DNA of 64,000 nt from Dictyostelium discoideum. Its lineage: Eukaryota. Below the pieces are notes generated by a model that was given only the letters and a program-made list of their open reading frames with translations, did no database searches and was not told the DNA's origin. A program made the position numbers and the translations under genes. The stretch spans positions 4,096,001 through 4,160,000 of the forward strand of contig CM000151.3 in the NCBI GenBank assembly GCA_000004695.1, given 5' to 3'. Shown here piece by piece: positions 1 through 10,679 of this stretch; within the stretch, counting starts at the first letter, position 1, and each line of letters begins with the position of its first letter.

Positions 1-123
1 TTTATGAAAATTAAATCCTTGTACATCTTCATTTGGTATATTAATTATAGTTTTTGATTTAACACCATCAATAATTATATCTTAAAAAATAAAAATAATA
101 TTAGAATCAATAATAATAATAAT

Positions 124-158
<35 letters not shown>

Positions 159-931
159 TATATAATAATAATTTTTACCTTTTTTAATTGCAGAATCATC
201 CATAACTTTATATTCTAAATTTTTAATTGATAATTCATAACCATAACCTTGAAGATTTAATTTTTGATTTGATTCTTGAACAACATATCTTAGACAATAT
301 TTGATTTTACCCATTTGAGAGAATTGTTTTAATTTTGGATGAACCAATTTAAAGAATTCACTCTTAATATCAACATATAAAATTACAATTGGAATTGATG
401 ATGGTGATGATGATGAGGATGAAACAGTATTTGCAAGTGTTGGAAAAATATGGTCAAAATCATATAATCTAATAAATTCATTTTCTTCATCGTCGACAAC
501 TGCTACATCTTTAAATAATGATTCATTAATTTCATTTACATCTGTTATAATTTTATTTTTGATTTGAACCCAACCACCACTATTAAAAAGAGTAATGGTT
601 TTATTATCAGCAGTGGTGATGGAATGCTCAATATTATTTAATTTCATATTTGAAATTGCTAATTGTCTATAGGTTTCAACTCTTGGTGAATAAGTTCTCA
701 TTGCAAGATCAATACTAAGGAATTCACTTAAAAATTGGGTATTACTTGATAAAACTGATTTCATTAATGAAATTGTTGATTCATAATATATTTTATCGCT
801 ATAATTTGTACTGAAATCAATTTTATTAAATTCTTCAATAAATTTCCAAAATAATGATTTATCTTGATTATGTAAAAATTCTCTTTTTTTTAAAAAAAAA
901 AAAAAAAATATTAGTATATATATAAATTTAG

Positions 932-966
<35 letters not shown>

Positions 967-1175
967 GGAGAGGATAAAAAAGAAAAAATATATTATAATA
1001 ATAATACTTACGCAGCTTCCAAATAAGAAGGTGTTTCACCCCAATTTGAAACTAAAGATAATTGAATTGATTTTGATGAAAATGAATTATCTCCTTCATT
1101 TGATTCTACCAATAGTAATACATTTGATATAAAAACAATTAATAAAAATACAAAGAATTTAAATATCCTTGCCAT
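1..1175 (-). CDS. ggtA: UDP-glucose:glycoprotein glucosyltransferase (UGGT), N-terminal part. Exons 1175..1012, 882..179 and 80..1; the gene continues beyond the window start.
   Basis: Signal peptide MARIFKFFVFLLIVFISNVLLLVES. UGGT N-terminal motifs align with human UGGT1: VSNWGETPSYLEAAEFL with TTKWFSTPLLLEASEFL; LFWKFIEEF with KFWNFVE; LQGYGYELSIKNLEYKVMDD with LSGYGVELAIKSTEYKAKDD; NEDVQGFNFHK with IDEVQGFLFGK. Splice sites worked out by hand: minus-strand donors GCG|GTAAGT (~1011) and AAG|GTAAAA (~178); acceptors ..AAAAAG|A (883/882) and ..TTAAG|AT (81/80). Reading frames are consistent across the junctions. Confidence 0.75.
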
Positions 1176-1176
1176 T

Positions 1177-1220
<44 letters not shown>

Positions 1221-1611
1221 CACACAATAAAAAAAATATTAATTTTTATTGATGATGGTTTTTAATGATGATCATAAAAAAAAATTTTTTAAAAAAAAAA
1301 ATAAAAAATTAAAAAAAAAAATTAAAATTTTTTTTTTTTTTTTTTTTTTTCAAATAATCACCAAAAATGAATTAAAATTTTTTTTTATTTTTTATTTTTT
1401 TTAAATTTTTATTTTTTTATTTTCAATCTCAAAAGCAAAAGCAAAAGCAAACACGTACACACGACTTTTTCATATTTTTTATTTTTTTTTATTTTTTATT
1501 TATTTATTACTTGTATTTTTATTTGTATTTTATATTAAATTATTTTATTATTATTATTATTATTTTTTTTATTTAATGGAAAAGTAAAGTGATTTCAAAA
1601 AAAAAAAAAAC

Positions 1612-1811
1612 ATGAAAAAATTGTTTGATATTATTTCTCCGAGTAAAAATATACAACAACAATCTGCAAGTGGTAAAGAATCGTCATCATCATCATCATC
1701 ATCTTCATCACCATCACCATCAAAAAATAGATCTTGTTTTAATGGAATTGGTTAGTTTTTATGAAAAAATAAAAATAATAAAAAAAATTAATAAAAAAAA
1801 AAATTATTAAC

Positions 1812-1903
<92 letters not shown>

Positions 1904-2171
1904 TAAAAATAAAAACAAAAATAAATTTTATAGGTATAAATAGTAAAATTAATAATATTAATATCCAAGAAGATTCTATTAGCAATGGAAATAATAATGA
2001 GAAATACCCACAAATTGAAAGAGATAATATTATTAAAATAGTTTTATTAGGTGGATATCAAGTTGGTAAATCATCAATAATAAGGAGATATCTTCAAGGT
2101 TGTTTCACAACATCTTACATACCAACTATTGGTATAGATTTGTCAACTTTATTATTAAAAAGAAAGCAATC

Positions 2172-2238
<67 letters not shown>

Positions 2239-2631
2239 CCATCACCACAATCATCACAGCAACCACCACCACAACAACAACAACAGCAACAGCAACAACA
2301 ACAACAACAACAACAACAAACACCTCAACGTAATAAAAATGAAAATTATGATGAGAATGATTATTTAAGTGATTATTCAGATTCAGAATCAAAAGATGAT
2401 TCATCATTAAATCAATATTTAACGCAATCACCAAATCAATATATAGTACAATTTTGGGATGTTGCCTATGCAGAGATTAAAGGTAAACATTTCTCTAGTA
2501 TTTTAAGTGGTGCTTCTGCAATCATTATGGTTTATGATTCTGTTAATGCAAGTTCAATTTTAGCAATTGATGAATGGAAAACAATTTTAAATACTTCACC
2601 ATTTATTCAAATTAATAATGGTAATAATAAC

Positions 2632-2662
<31 letters not shown>

Positions 2663-3867
2663 GTAATAATAATAGTAATAATAATAATAGTAATAATAAT
2701 AGTTTTAATAGTAATAATTATAAAAAAATACCATTGGCATTATTTGCAAATAAAAGTGATATTGGTGAACCAGTTATAAGTCCAACAGATTTAGATTATT
2801 ATTGTAATGCATGTGGTTATAGTATTTGGAGATTTACTTCATGTAAAAAGGATTTAAATATTATATCAGGTATTGATTCATTGATTTCATTAGTTATTGA
2901 AAATAAGAATCAAGAACTCTCTGATATTAGGAATAGATTATTAAATGAAAAAAAAGAAAAAAGAAAATTAATTTATCAATTAAAGAAAAATGTAAATTTA
3001 AATACAAGTGTAAAATATACAAGAAGTATTAATAAAAGTAGTAGTGGTAATAAAAATCAAGATAATAATAATGTTGATGATATTGATATAGTTAAAAATT
3101 TAACAAAAGAATTAGTTTTATCACAATCTTGTCCAAATATTTCAAATTATGGTAAAGATGTTAATAATGATGATGATGATGATAATAATAATACTATTGA
3201 AAATAATGAAAATGAAAATAATGAAAATGTAAAAAAACAACAAGAAAAAGAAAAAGAACAAAAAGAAAAAGAAAAAGAAAAATTACAACAATTTAAACAT
3301 CAAAGTGAAATTGAAAAAGTAAATGAATTATTAGAGATGACAAATGAACATTATTCAAAGTTTCAAAAATCTTTGGAAGAGATTATGTCAAAATCAAATG
3401 GTACAACTAGATATAATGATTTAGTTCAGTTGGAGAAACAAAGAAGTAATGAATACGTAAAAATATGTAATAATTTAAAGAAATTAATTCAACCAAGTGC
3501 ATTTAGACAACATCATCACCATCACCACCACCATCATCATCATAAACCTTCCCAAAAAATAACATCAGATCTACTTTCAAAGATCTTGGATGAAAATATT
3601 TTAAAATGGAATACTTTAATCTCTAATCTTCAATTGGAAATATCTTTAAAATTAAATAATCAAAATAATGTATATCAGTCAAATAATAACAACAATAATA
3701 ATGTAAAACAAAATAATAAAGTAGCACAATCCTATAATGCTGTTAGTCTTTTAATTAAAGATGATCAAGAATATAGATATAATAATAATAATAATAATAA
3801 TAACAATGGTGGTAGAAAAAATAGCTTCAGCAACAGCAGCAATAATATTAATAATAATAATAATAAT

Positions 3868-3955
<88 letters not shown>

Positions 3956-4491
3956 GTAGTATAAATAATAGTATAAAATTAAATATAAATAATAATCCAA
4001 AGTATAAGATGGGTTTTGGATTTAAACATGGTGGAAAGAATTTATCATCAAATTTTTCAATTAATGATCATAGTATTGATACTGATAATCCTTCAATGAC
4101 AAGTTCTTCAATTACTAGTAATTCCTCAATGAATAGTTTTTCATCCTCTCCAAGTAGTTCTCCACCAAATGATGATATCAATGATAATAGACATACAAAT
4201 AATATCAATAGAGTAGCTACAAATGGTGATGGTAATGTTGATGGTGGTGGTGGTGATAATATTGGTGATAATGATTCAAGCTCTTTAAATAGTAGCAGTT
4301 ATCAAAACCATCATAATCATCATAATCATCACCGACACAATTTTAATAATGATAGTAATAATAACAGTTATTCCCCATCAACTAGTCATAATGGAATTGG
4401 AGGTGATGATTTCCTCTTACCATCCCCTTCTCTATTACCCTCCTCTTATAATTTAACTGTAACTGTTTTACCTGATCTTAAATATAAATAA
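1612..4491 (+). CDS. Large Rab/Ras-like small-GTPase-domain protein, ~920 aa. Exons 1612..1750 and 1934..4491. A polyQ insert sits between switch I and II; the C-terminus is a long coiled-coil, polyN/H-rich extension.
   Basis: Exon 1 is MKKLFDIISPSKN...CFNGIG, ending at the donor G|GTTAGT. The intron contains (AAT)32. The acceptor is ttttatag|GT at 1932-33. GTPase motifs: G1 LLGGYQVGKSS; switch I TIGIDL; NKxD as ANKSD; SAK-like TSCK. The DxxG motif is divergent (WDVAYAE). Confidence 0.7.
1803..1900. repeat. (AAT)n microsatellite of ~32 units inside intron 1 of the GTPase gene
   Basis: Perfect aat repeats are visible directly in the sequence. Confidence 0.9.
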
Positions 4492-4587
4492 ATATTTGGA
4501 AAAAAAAAAAAAAAAAAAAGTTTTTTGTTTTTATTGGTGTGTTAAAAATATTTTTAGTTTTAAAATAAATTTGAGAACAAAAAATTG

Positions 4588-4621
<34 letters not shown>

Positions 4622-4889
4622 AGGGTAATTAGCAACTTATCAGATTGATTATTTTAATATACCTAAGATGTCAAGGTAATGGTAGAATCATTTGTGTCCA
4701 TAATTATTATGATAAGAGCGGCCCAACTCCAATTAATTATTTAAAAAAATAAAGTATAAAGCTTTAACAATAATTAATTAATAAATTTATGGTATTTTTT
4801 AATAATTATAAAAAAAAAAAAAAAGAAAAAAAGATAAAAATATTTTTTTTCATAATTTTCTCAACTTAGTCCTCGCACATAAAAAAAAA

Positions 4890-4903
4890 AATGAATGCGT
4901 TCA
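4890..4903. repeat. Target site duplication of the TRE5-A insertion, left copy
   Basis: aatgaatgcgttca is identical to 7311-7324. Confidence 0.8.
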
Positions 4904-5227
4904 TTTTTTTTTTTTGAATTGGATAACGCAATTATTATTTGCTTCTCCTTGAGATGCTAGATCTCATTTTATTTTTTTTTTTTTTTTACAGGGTCTTTTT
5001 GATTAAAACATCTTTTTTGTCCAAACTTTTTTCTAAATCTTTTTTTATTTTATCGTCTGGTTCGTGATTGATGTTTATGACGTATTTGAATTGTTTTTTT
5101 TTTAATTGAGTTTTATCCACAATTTCGCTTATTTTTTGTAGGCATTTGTGTTGCTTAATATTTGTGGTGTTGTTTGTGATTTTCATTTTATTTTCTTTCT
5201 ATCTTTTTTATTTTTCTGATTAACTTG

Positions 5228-5271
<44 letters not shown>

Positions 5272-5567
5272 TTATAGAAAGTACTGAGTGAATTATTGTA
5301 TTTTTTGAGATGTTTAGGAAGTTCTATTGCGGGTGTTGATGATGATTTGTGACACCCCTTGTCCTGTTTTATCAATTGGTGCGTGGTGTGTTATTTTGTT
5401 TTTATATTGTTGATTTATTGAGTAAATTTTATTTGTTTTTATATTTGTTTCAGTTAGAAGTGCTGCGTCCAGCTTGTTGTTGTCTAAAACGGTGTTTATT
5501 ATGCTGGCAGATTGGATGGTGTTGGATCCTTGGACGTTCCAAACACCTATTCTTATTGTGTTTTTCT

Positions 5568-6902
5568 TTATAGTTTTATTTGGGGTAGATTTTTATCTAC
5601 CTTTTGAAGTTTCTGGTTTATTTTGTCTTCTAACTGATCTTTACTTTGTTCATTGTGTTGTTGGTCTTGTGTGTTTGTGGGGTTTTTTGATTTATTGATT
5701 TGTTTTAGAATTTCCTTGTTGAAGTTGTCTATATCTTCATCCATTTTTGTTTTTATGCTTTTTTGTCCATATTCACCCAATTTTGGTTTGACTGGTGTTT
5801 TGTTGGTCTTGTTTGTTTTGCCTTGTTGTTTCTTTTTTGGTGTGTTTAACAATTTACTTGGTGAATCGATAATTTTCGATGGTGTACCATAGGTTGGGCT
5901 GAAACTCATGATATGTTTTATTGGAGAGGAGAAGAACCATTGATTTGAAGGGATTGAAAGTGGGAATTCTATTTTTCTTATTGCATCAGTGTTTGGGCTG
6001 GTGAAGTCGAAGATATCATTTGCCTCTCTAAGTTTTTCTTCCGTTGTTAGTCCCTTTGTTTCGCCGTGTTGTTTTATTGGTGTATTGTATGGAGATGGTG
6101 GTTCGATAGGTTTTTCTGATTTTGTTTTAATTTCTTGATTGTTTATCGATTGTGTATTGATCTCATTCTCTATTCTTGTTAGTTCATCTACGTTTTCTAG
6201 TGATGCTTCTATTACCTTTTGAGCTGTATCATCTAGGGCCATAAATGTTTTATCATTAGATGAGGATGTGATTGGTGGGATAATGATTGTTCTTTTTCCT
6301 TGTTTTGGTATTTGTTCTGATGTAGATTGTGGTTGTTGTTCATCTGATTGTTTTTTATTTTTGTTTTCTTCTTGATTTTCTGGTAATGAGGTTTGATCTC
6401 TCCATCCTTTGTTGGAGTGTCCAATTAATGTTAGATTGTCTAGTTCAATGATAGTGTCAAATTCTTCTACGACTCTTTTCACTGTTTTGATAATTAGAGT
6501 TTCGCCTTTAATTTCTGATTTAATTAGTTTACATCCTTCATTTTCTATTACCCATTCTATTTCTGTGAGTGATTTATACCAATCAAAATCTGTATACATA
6601 TTTTTTGGTCTTATAGTGGTTATAAATTGTCCTTTTAATTCTGCATCAAACATATTTACAAAATAGATTACTGTACTAATACTGTCTGTGAGAATTTTGA
6701 ATGTATTATTACTTTTGATTAAAACATCTTTTTTGTCCAAACTTTTTTCTAAATCTTTTTTTATTTTATCGTCTGGTTCGTGATTGATGTTTATGACGTA
6801 TTTGAATTGTTTTTTTTTTAATTGAGTTTTATCCACAATTTCGCTTATTTTTTGTAGGCATTTGTGTTGCTTAATATTTGTGGTGTTGTTTGTGATTTTC
6901 AT
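5568..6902 (-). CDS. TRE5-A ORF1 protein, 444 aa (~51 kDa)
   Basis: Uninterrupted 444-codon ORF inside the TRE5-A element. Its first 63 codons are duplicated at 4986..5186 as part of the 3' B-module copy. Confidence 0.7.
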   Translation of the reverse strand: MKITNNTTNIKQHKCLQKISEIVDKTQLKKKQFKYVININHEPDDKIKKDLEKSLDKKDVLIKSNNTFKILTDSISTVIYFVNMFDAELKGQFITTIRPKNMYTDFDWYKSLTEIEWVIENEGCKLIKSEIKGETLIIKTVKRVVEEFDTIIELDNLTLIGHSNKGWRDQTSLPENQEENKNKKQSDEQQPQSTSEQIPKQGKRTIIIPPITSSSNDKTFMALDDTAQKVIEASLENVDELTRIENEINTQSINNQEIKTKSEKPIEPPSPYNTPIKQHGETKGLTTEEKLREANDIFDFTSPNTDAIRKIEFPLSIPSNQWFFSSPIKHIMSFSPTYGTPSKIIDSPSKLLNTPKKKQQGKTNKTNKTPVKPKLGEYGQKSIKTKMDEDIDNFNKEILKQINKSKNPTNTQDQQHNEQSKDQLEDKINQKLQKVDKNLPQIKL

Positions 6903-6965
6903 TTTATTTTCTTTCTATCTTTTTTATTTTTCTTTAAAAAGTTAAAAATCTGGAAATTTTCTAAT

Positions 6966-6977
6966 TAACTTGGTTCC

Positions 6978-7028
<51 letters not shown>
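6966..7028. repeat. Poly(T)63 tract (poly(A) on the element strand) between the TRE5-A 5' repeats and the B-module
   Basis: Homopolymer run read directly from the sequence. Confidence 0.9.
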
Positions 7029-7031
<3 letters not shown>

Positions 7032-7310
7032 TCTTTTTTATATGAAAAATGAAATAATCAAAAAAAGAGATTGTTGTTGTTGTTTGTTTTTTTCGATCTG
7101 ATTATTTTTTGCTTTTTTTTTGAAAATTTTGCTACGCAAAATTCTCAAAACGAAACAAATAATAAATTACAATAAAGTAAAAAGATGGCTTTTTAAAATA
7201 GTTTATTTATTTATTTATTTGTTTTTTAAGTCTTTTTTATATGAAAAATGAAATAATCAAAAAAAGAGATTGTTGTTGTTGTTTGTTTTTTTCGATCTGA
7301 TTATTTTTTC

Positions 7311-7324
7311 AATGAATGCGTTCA
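7311..7324. repeat. Target site duplication of the TRE5-A insertion, right copy
   Basis: aatgaatgcgttca is identical to 4890-4903. Confidence 0.8.
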
Positions 7325-7356
7325 ATAAGGATTAAAAAAATAAACTTTCATATAAA

Positions 7357-7439
7357 GCAAGGGTAGGAAAGTCTGGTTAAATCCGTGTGACTTAAGATCT
7401 CATCCATTCGGTTCGCGAGTTCGAATCTCGCCTCTTGCA
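7357..7439 (+). tRNA. tRNA-Leu(UAA), type II with a long variable arm, 83 nt
   Basis: Cloverleaf folded by hand. Acceptor GCAAGGG/CTCTTGC with discriminator A. D-stem GGA/TCC. Anticodon stem TGTGA/TCTCA with one U-U mismatch. Anticodon loop CTTAAGA is identical to human tRNA-Leu-TAA. Variable arm is 12 nt. T-arm GCGAG-TTCGAAT-CTCGC. Confidence 0.8.
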
Positions 7440-7466
7440 AGTTTTGTGGAAACGAACATTAGGTCA

Positions 7467-7478
7467 GGTGTTCGATTC
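7467..7478 (+). promoter_or_regulatory. External B box (ex-B) downstream of tRNA-Leu
   Basis: GGTGTTCGATTC lies 28 bp after the tRNA 3' end and matches the B-box consensus GGTTCGANTCC. Dictyostelium tRNA genes commonly carry such an ex-B box. Confidence 0.55.
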
Positions 7479-7566
7479 TATGCCAATATTCCCAAATATT
7501 GGAGGCTAATATTTAAATTTTGCGATCAATAAAACGTTTTTCAATTGTGTTGATTATATTATGAAA

Positions 7567-7593
7567 ATTATTCCTTGAAAAAGATCCATAGTC
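7567..7593. repeat. Target site duplication of the TRE3 insertion, left copy
   Basis: Identical 27-mer at 10352-10378. Confidence 0.8.
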
Positions 7594-7624
7594 TAAAAAA
7601 AGAGAAGAACAACTTAAACAAGAA

Positions 7625-9085
7625 TTGAACAACTATTGCGAAGAAACCTCACTCAAGTACATCTCCGCGAGAATCAAGAAAAGACACAATGATTTCACCA
7701 TCAACGCAGTAAAAGATGCACAAGGTAGAACAATCAACAAACAGGAATTGATCGAAGAAGAATACGTAAAATATTACTCAAATCTTTATGACTACAAAGA
7801 AGATGACGCACCATCTCATTATGAAATGTTGGAAAATTGGACAGTGACCAGGGACTCAACATGGGACAACCTTGAAAATGAATTCACAACACAAGAGATC
7901 CTAGAAGTAATAAAACAATTGAACCCACACAAATCTCCAGGCCCAGATGGAATTCCAAACTTATTCTACATAACACACAAAGAAAAACTAGCTCCAATAC
8001 TGGCCTCAGCATTCAACGACACTCTAAGAAATCCTCATCTAATTAGCAAAAATTACAAAGAAGGCCTCATTATCACGATACCTAAAAAGGGAGACCCCGA
8101 ACTAATCAAAAACAGAAGACCAATTACACTGGCTAACTGTATATATAAAATCCACTCAAAACTAATAAACAATAGAATAATCCCAATACTAACGAAAGTG
8201 ATCAACCACAATCAAAAAGGTTTCGTACCAGGCAGATTCATTATAGATAATATCATATCAATGAACGAATTAATCAACTATTGTAATGATAAAAGAATTA
8301 ACGGAATAATTACACTATATGATTTCGAAAAAGCTTTTGACTCGATTTCACACGGTTCAATACTCAGATCACTACAACACATCAACATTCCAACCAATAT
8401 AATCAACCTGATAATGAATCTACTCACCAAATCTGAAGCAAGAATTGAAATTAATGGTAGAACTACTATACCCTTTGAGATCAAAAGAGGAGTCAAACAA
8501 GGAGATCCACTATCACCCACCCTGTTCGTCCTTGTAATAGAGGCTTTAGCTAGAAAAATTTTACAAGATGACCGAATTACTGGCCTTCCTCTAAACAACA
8601 GCGACCACAGAGAGAAATTCCAAAGCTTTGCAGACGACTCGGCTTCAATGGTCCCAGACTCTCAACAACTTGAATTAGTACTACAACACTTCAATTCATT
8701 TTGCAAAGCCACTTCCTCAAAACTAAACATCGACAAATCTTCATCAATTCTTATAGGCAACCCAGACAATACCAACCAAAGAATACCAATATCTACAAAT
8801 CCAGAAAGATACTTGGGATACTTCTTCACAGGCAAAGGGATAACAAGAAAAATACCAGAAATATTAAACACAATAAGATCATCCTTAGTACTATGGAAAA
8901 CCACTGACTCAACAATCAAAACCAAAACCAACATCCTCAAAGCATTCGCACTCTCTAAATTAACCTACTATTCATATGTAGAGAACTTTAAGGAAGAGGA
9001 ATTAAACCAAATCAATAAATTAGTCGAATGGTTTTTATCGGCACCAAACACAAAAATGCTAGTGGATTTCAAGTTATTAATTTAA
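7625..9085 (+). pseudogene. TRE3 ORF2 fragment, reverse-transcriptase domain; shifts frame into the next ORF
   Basis: RT motifs are present (…YDFEKAFDSISHG…, QGDPLSPTLF, SFADDS). This ORF overlaps 9028..10209 in a different frame. Confidence 0.65.
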
Positions 9086-10209
9086 TGAGAACCAAAGAAG
9101 CAGATACCACTAAAGTAGGGGGCTGGAACATTTGGAATATAGAATTGAGACAACTGGCGCAGAAACTTTGGATCATAAACCAGTTCATCCTAGCACTAGA
9201 AACCAAACAAACAAACTCATCTCATCACAAAAGCTGGGAATATCAGATCCAAAAAAACAAATTCACATCCAGATACCTAAAAGAAAACTTAGATGAATGG
9301 AACAAAATAAGAATAAAAAAAGCAATCTTCAACAATAATCTCACATCCATAAAAAACGAAAATGGACAACCACTTTCACTGGCAGAATGGTATACCACAA
9401 TTCAAGACCAAAATCCAACCATCCCTAAAACGGAATTCCAATCATCTCTAAACTTAAGAGGCTACAGCTATAATCAACTCTTCAACAACATACTGAAGAT
9501 AAAAGACCCTAAAACAAGAGACACAATGTTTAGATTCCATGCCAGATGCCTTCCAATAAACTACCTTCACAACAAACAATGCCCACTCTGCAAAGAAGAT
9601 ATGAGCAAAGACCCATACGGTCACCTGTTCTTCTCATGCAAGAAAACAAAACAATTCATAAAAATAAATAAACTCAAAAATTTCATCTATATTACCACAG
9701 GCAAAGGTAAAAACTGGCACCATACAAGAATTAGGCAAAATAACAATTTCATTAATAGAATAACTCCAAAATTATCACCGACAGCCAAAAAAGATCAAGA
9801 AGTGAATGCAGATTACGCCAACCACAGATTCCACAAAGAATACTTTGAATGGAACTATAAAGCAATAGACTATGATCTAACCAGATCATTCGCATATAGA
9901 AACCTAATGGCCCTTATCCTCCACAACATTTGGATTTGGATTTGCAATCAAATATACAGTGAAGATCCTTTAACAGATGAATCACTATCATACAGCTCCC
10001 TTCTAAAGAAATGGCACAAATTGGCCACTCTAGAATACATCAAAAAAGCAAAAGATCTGAAAAACTTATCAGCAAAAGACCATAATAACTTCAAAGATCC
10101 TAAGATCCTTCTCACTTCAACGATCAAGCTAAGAAAAACAACAGCTAATTACTATTGTATTCCAGAATCATCTCTCCCAAATATTATATCTTTTGATCAA
10201 TTCATATGA
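9028..10209 (+). pseudogene. TRE3 ORF2 C-terminal fragment with a zinc-knuckle-like domain
   Basis: Homologous to the minus-strand fragments at 10680..11393 and 12028..12669 (KDPKTRDTMFRFHARCLPINYLHNK.C..C….DPYGHLFF.C). Confidence 0.65.
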
Positions 10210-10306
10210 TTAAAATAACCCTTCAGCTTAAATGATAAGCCTTTAAATAAATATTAAATAAAACTCGTATTAACACAGATGGACATATATCAATCTTGTT
10301 AATCCA

Positions 10307-10351
<45 letters not shown>

Positions 10352-10354
<3 letters not shown>

Positions 10355-10378
10355 ATTCCTTGAAAAAGATCCATAGTC
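10352..10378. repeat. Target site duplication of the TRE3 insertion, right copy
   Basis: Identical 27-mer at 7567-7593, directly after the A41 tail. Confidence 0.8.
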
Positions 10379-10679
10379 GTCTCTTCTTTTATTTTAAGAA
10401 AATATTAGAATTAATAGAACCTCATGGATTGAAAAACCTGATATTCATTGAAAAGAATATAGTATTCCACAATCAGTGCTTCCAAATCTTATCTGCTTGA
10501 TCAATTCATCTAATTAAATACAATTTTATTATTTGTATAATTTGGTTTATTTGATTTATTTGATTTATTTGATTTATTTGATTTATTTGATTTCATTTTT
10601 TATTAAATACCAACATATATAAAAACAGTATACCTTAAAAAATGATAACCTCACTATATTTAAACGGTGCTACTGTAGG

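Larger units (their letters stand above)
4904..7310 (-). mobile_element. TRE5-A (DRE) non-LTR retrotransposon, an internally deleted ~2.4 kb copy resembling TRE5-A.2. Order in element sense: A-module-like 5' repeats, B-module, ORF1, B-module duplicate, C-module, oligo(A).
   Basis: The element's 5' edge lies 47 bp upstream of tRNA-Leu in head-to-head orientation, which is the TRE5-A signature. It is flanked by a direct 14-bp target site duplication (aatgaatgcgttca at 4890-4903 and 7311-7324). On the element strand it ends in A13 immediately next to the duplication. A ~215-bp block (5000-5217) is duplicated at 6719-6935 and includes the start of ORF1 (B-module). An 80-bp unit is repeated at 7029-7110 and 7229-7308. 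An intact 444-aa ORF1 is present. Confidence 0.8.
7594..10351 (+). mobile_element. TRE3-family (tRNA 3'-targeted) non-LTR retrotransposon. It is 5'-truncated and carries an ORF2 reverse-transcriptase and C-terminal zinc-knuckle region ending in poly(A).
   Basis: Inserted ~154 bp downstream of tRNA-Leu in the same orientation. Flanked by a 27-bp target site duplication (attattccttgaaaaagatccatagtc at 7567-7593 and 10352-10378). The 3' end is A41. The reverse-transcriptase motif FADD lies in SFADDSASMV. The C-terminal region carries a CCHC-like motif, CPLCKEDMSKDPYGHLFFSC. The ORF begins directly after the duplication, at the truncation point. Confidence 0.8.

Noticed and set aside
1788-2013. 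ORFs 1788..1985 and 1807..2013 (-) encoding poly-Ile/poly-Tyr
   Set aside because: Translation artefacts of the (AAT)n intronic microsatellite.
2100-2434. ORFs 2100..2333 (+) polyT protein and 2126..2434 (-) polyV protein
   Set aside because: Alternative-frame and antisense readings of the (CAA)n polyQ-coding repeat inside the GTPase gene.
10541-10600. 10-bp tandem repeat (gatttatttg)x6
   Set aside because: Could superficially suggest a repeat-spacer array, but the units are contiguous with no spacers. It sits inside retrotransposon debris. It is a simple minisatellite.
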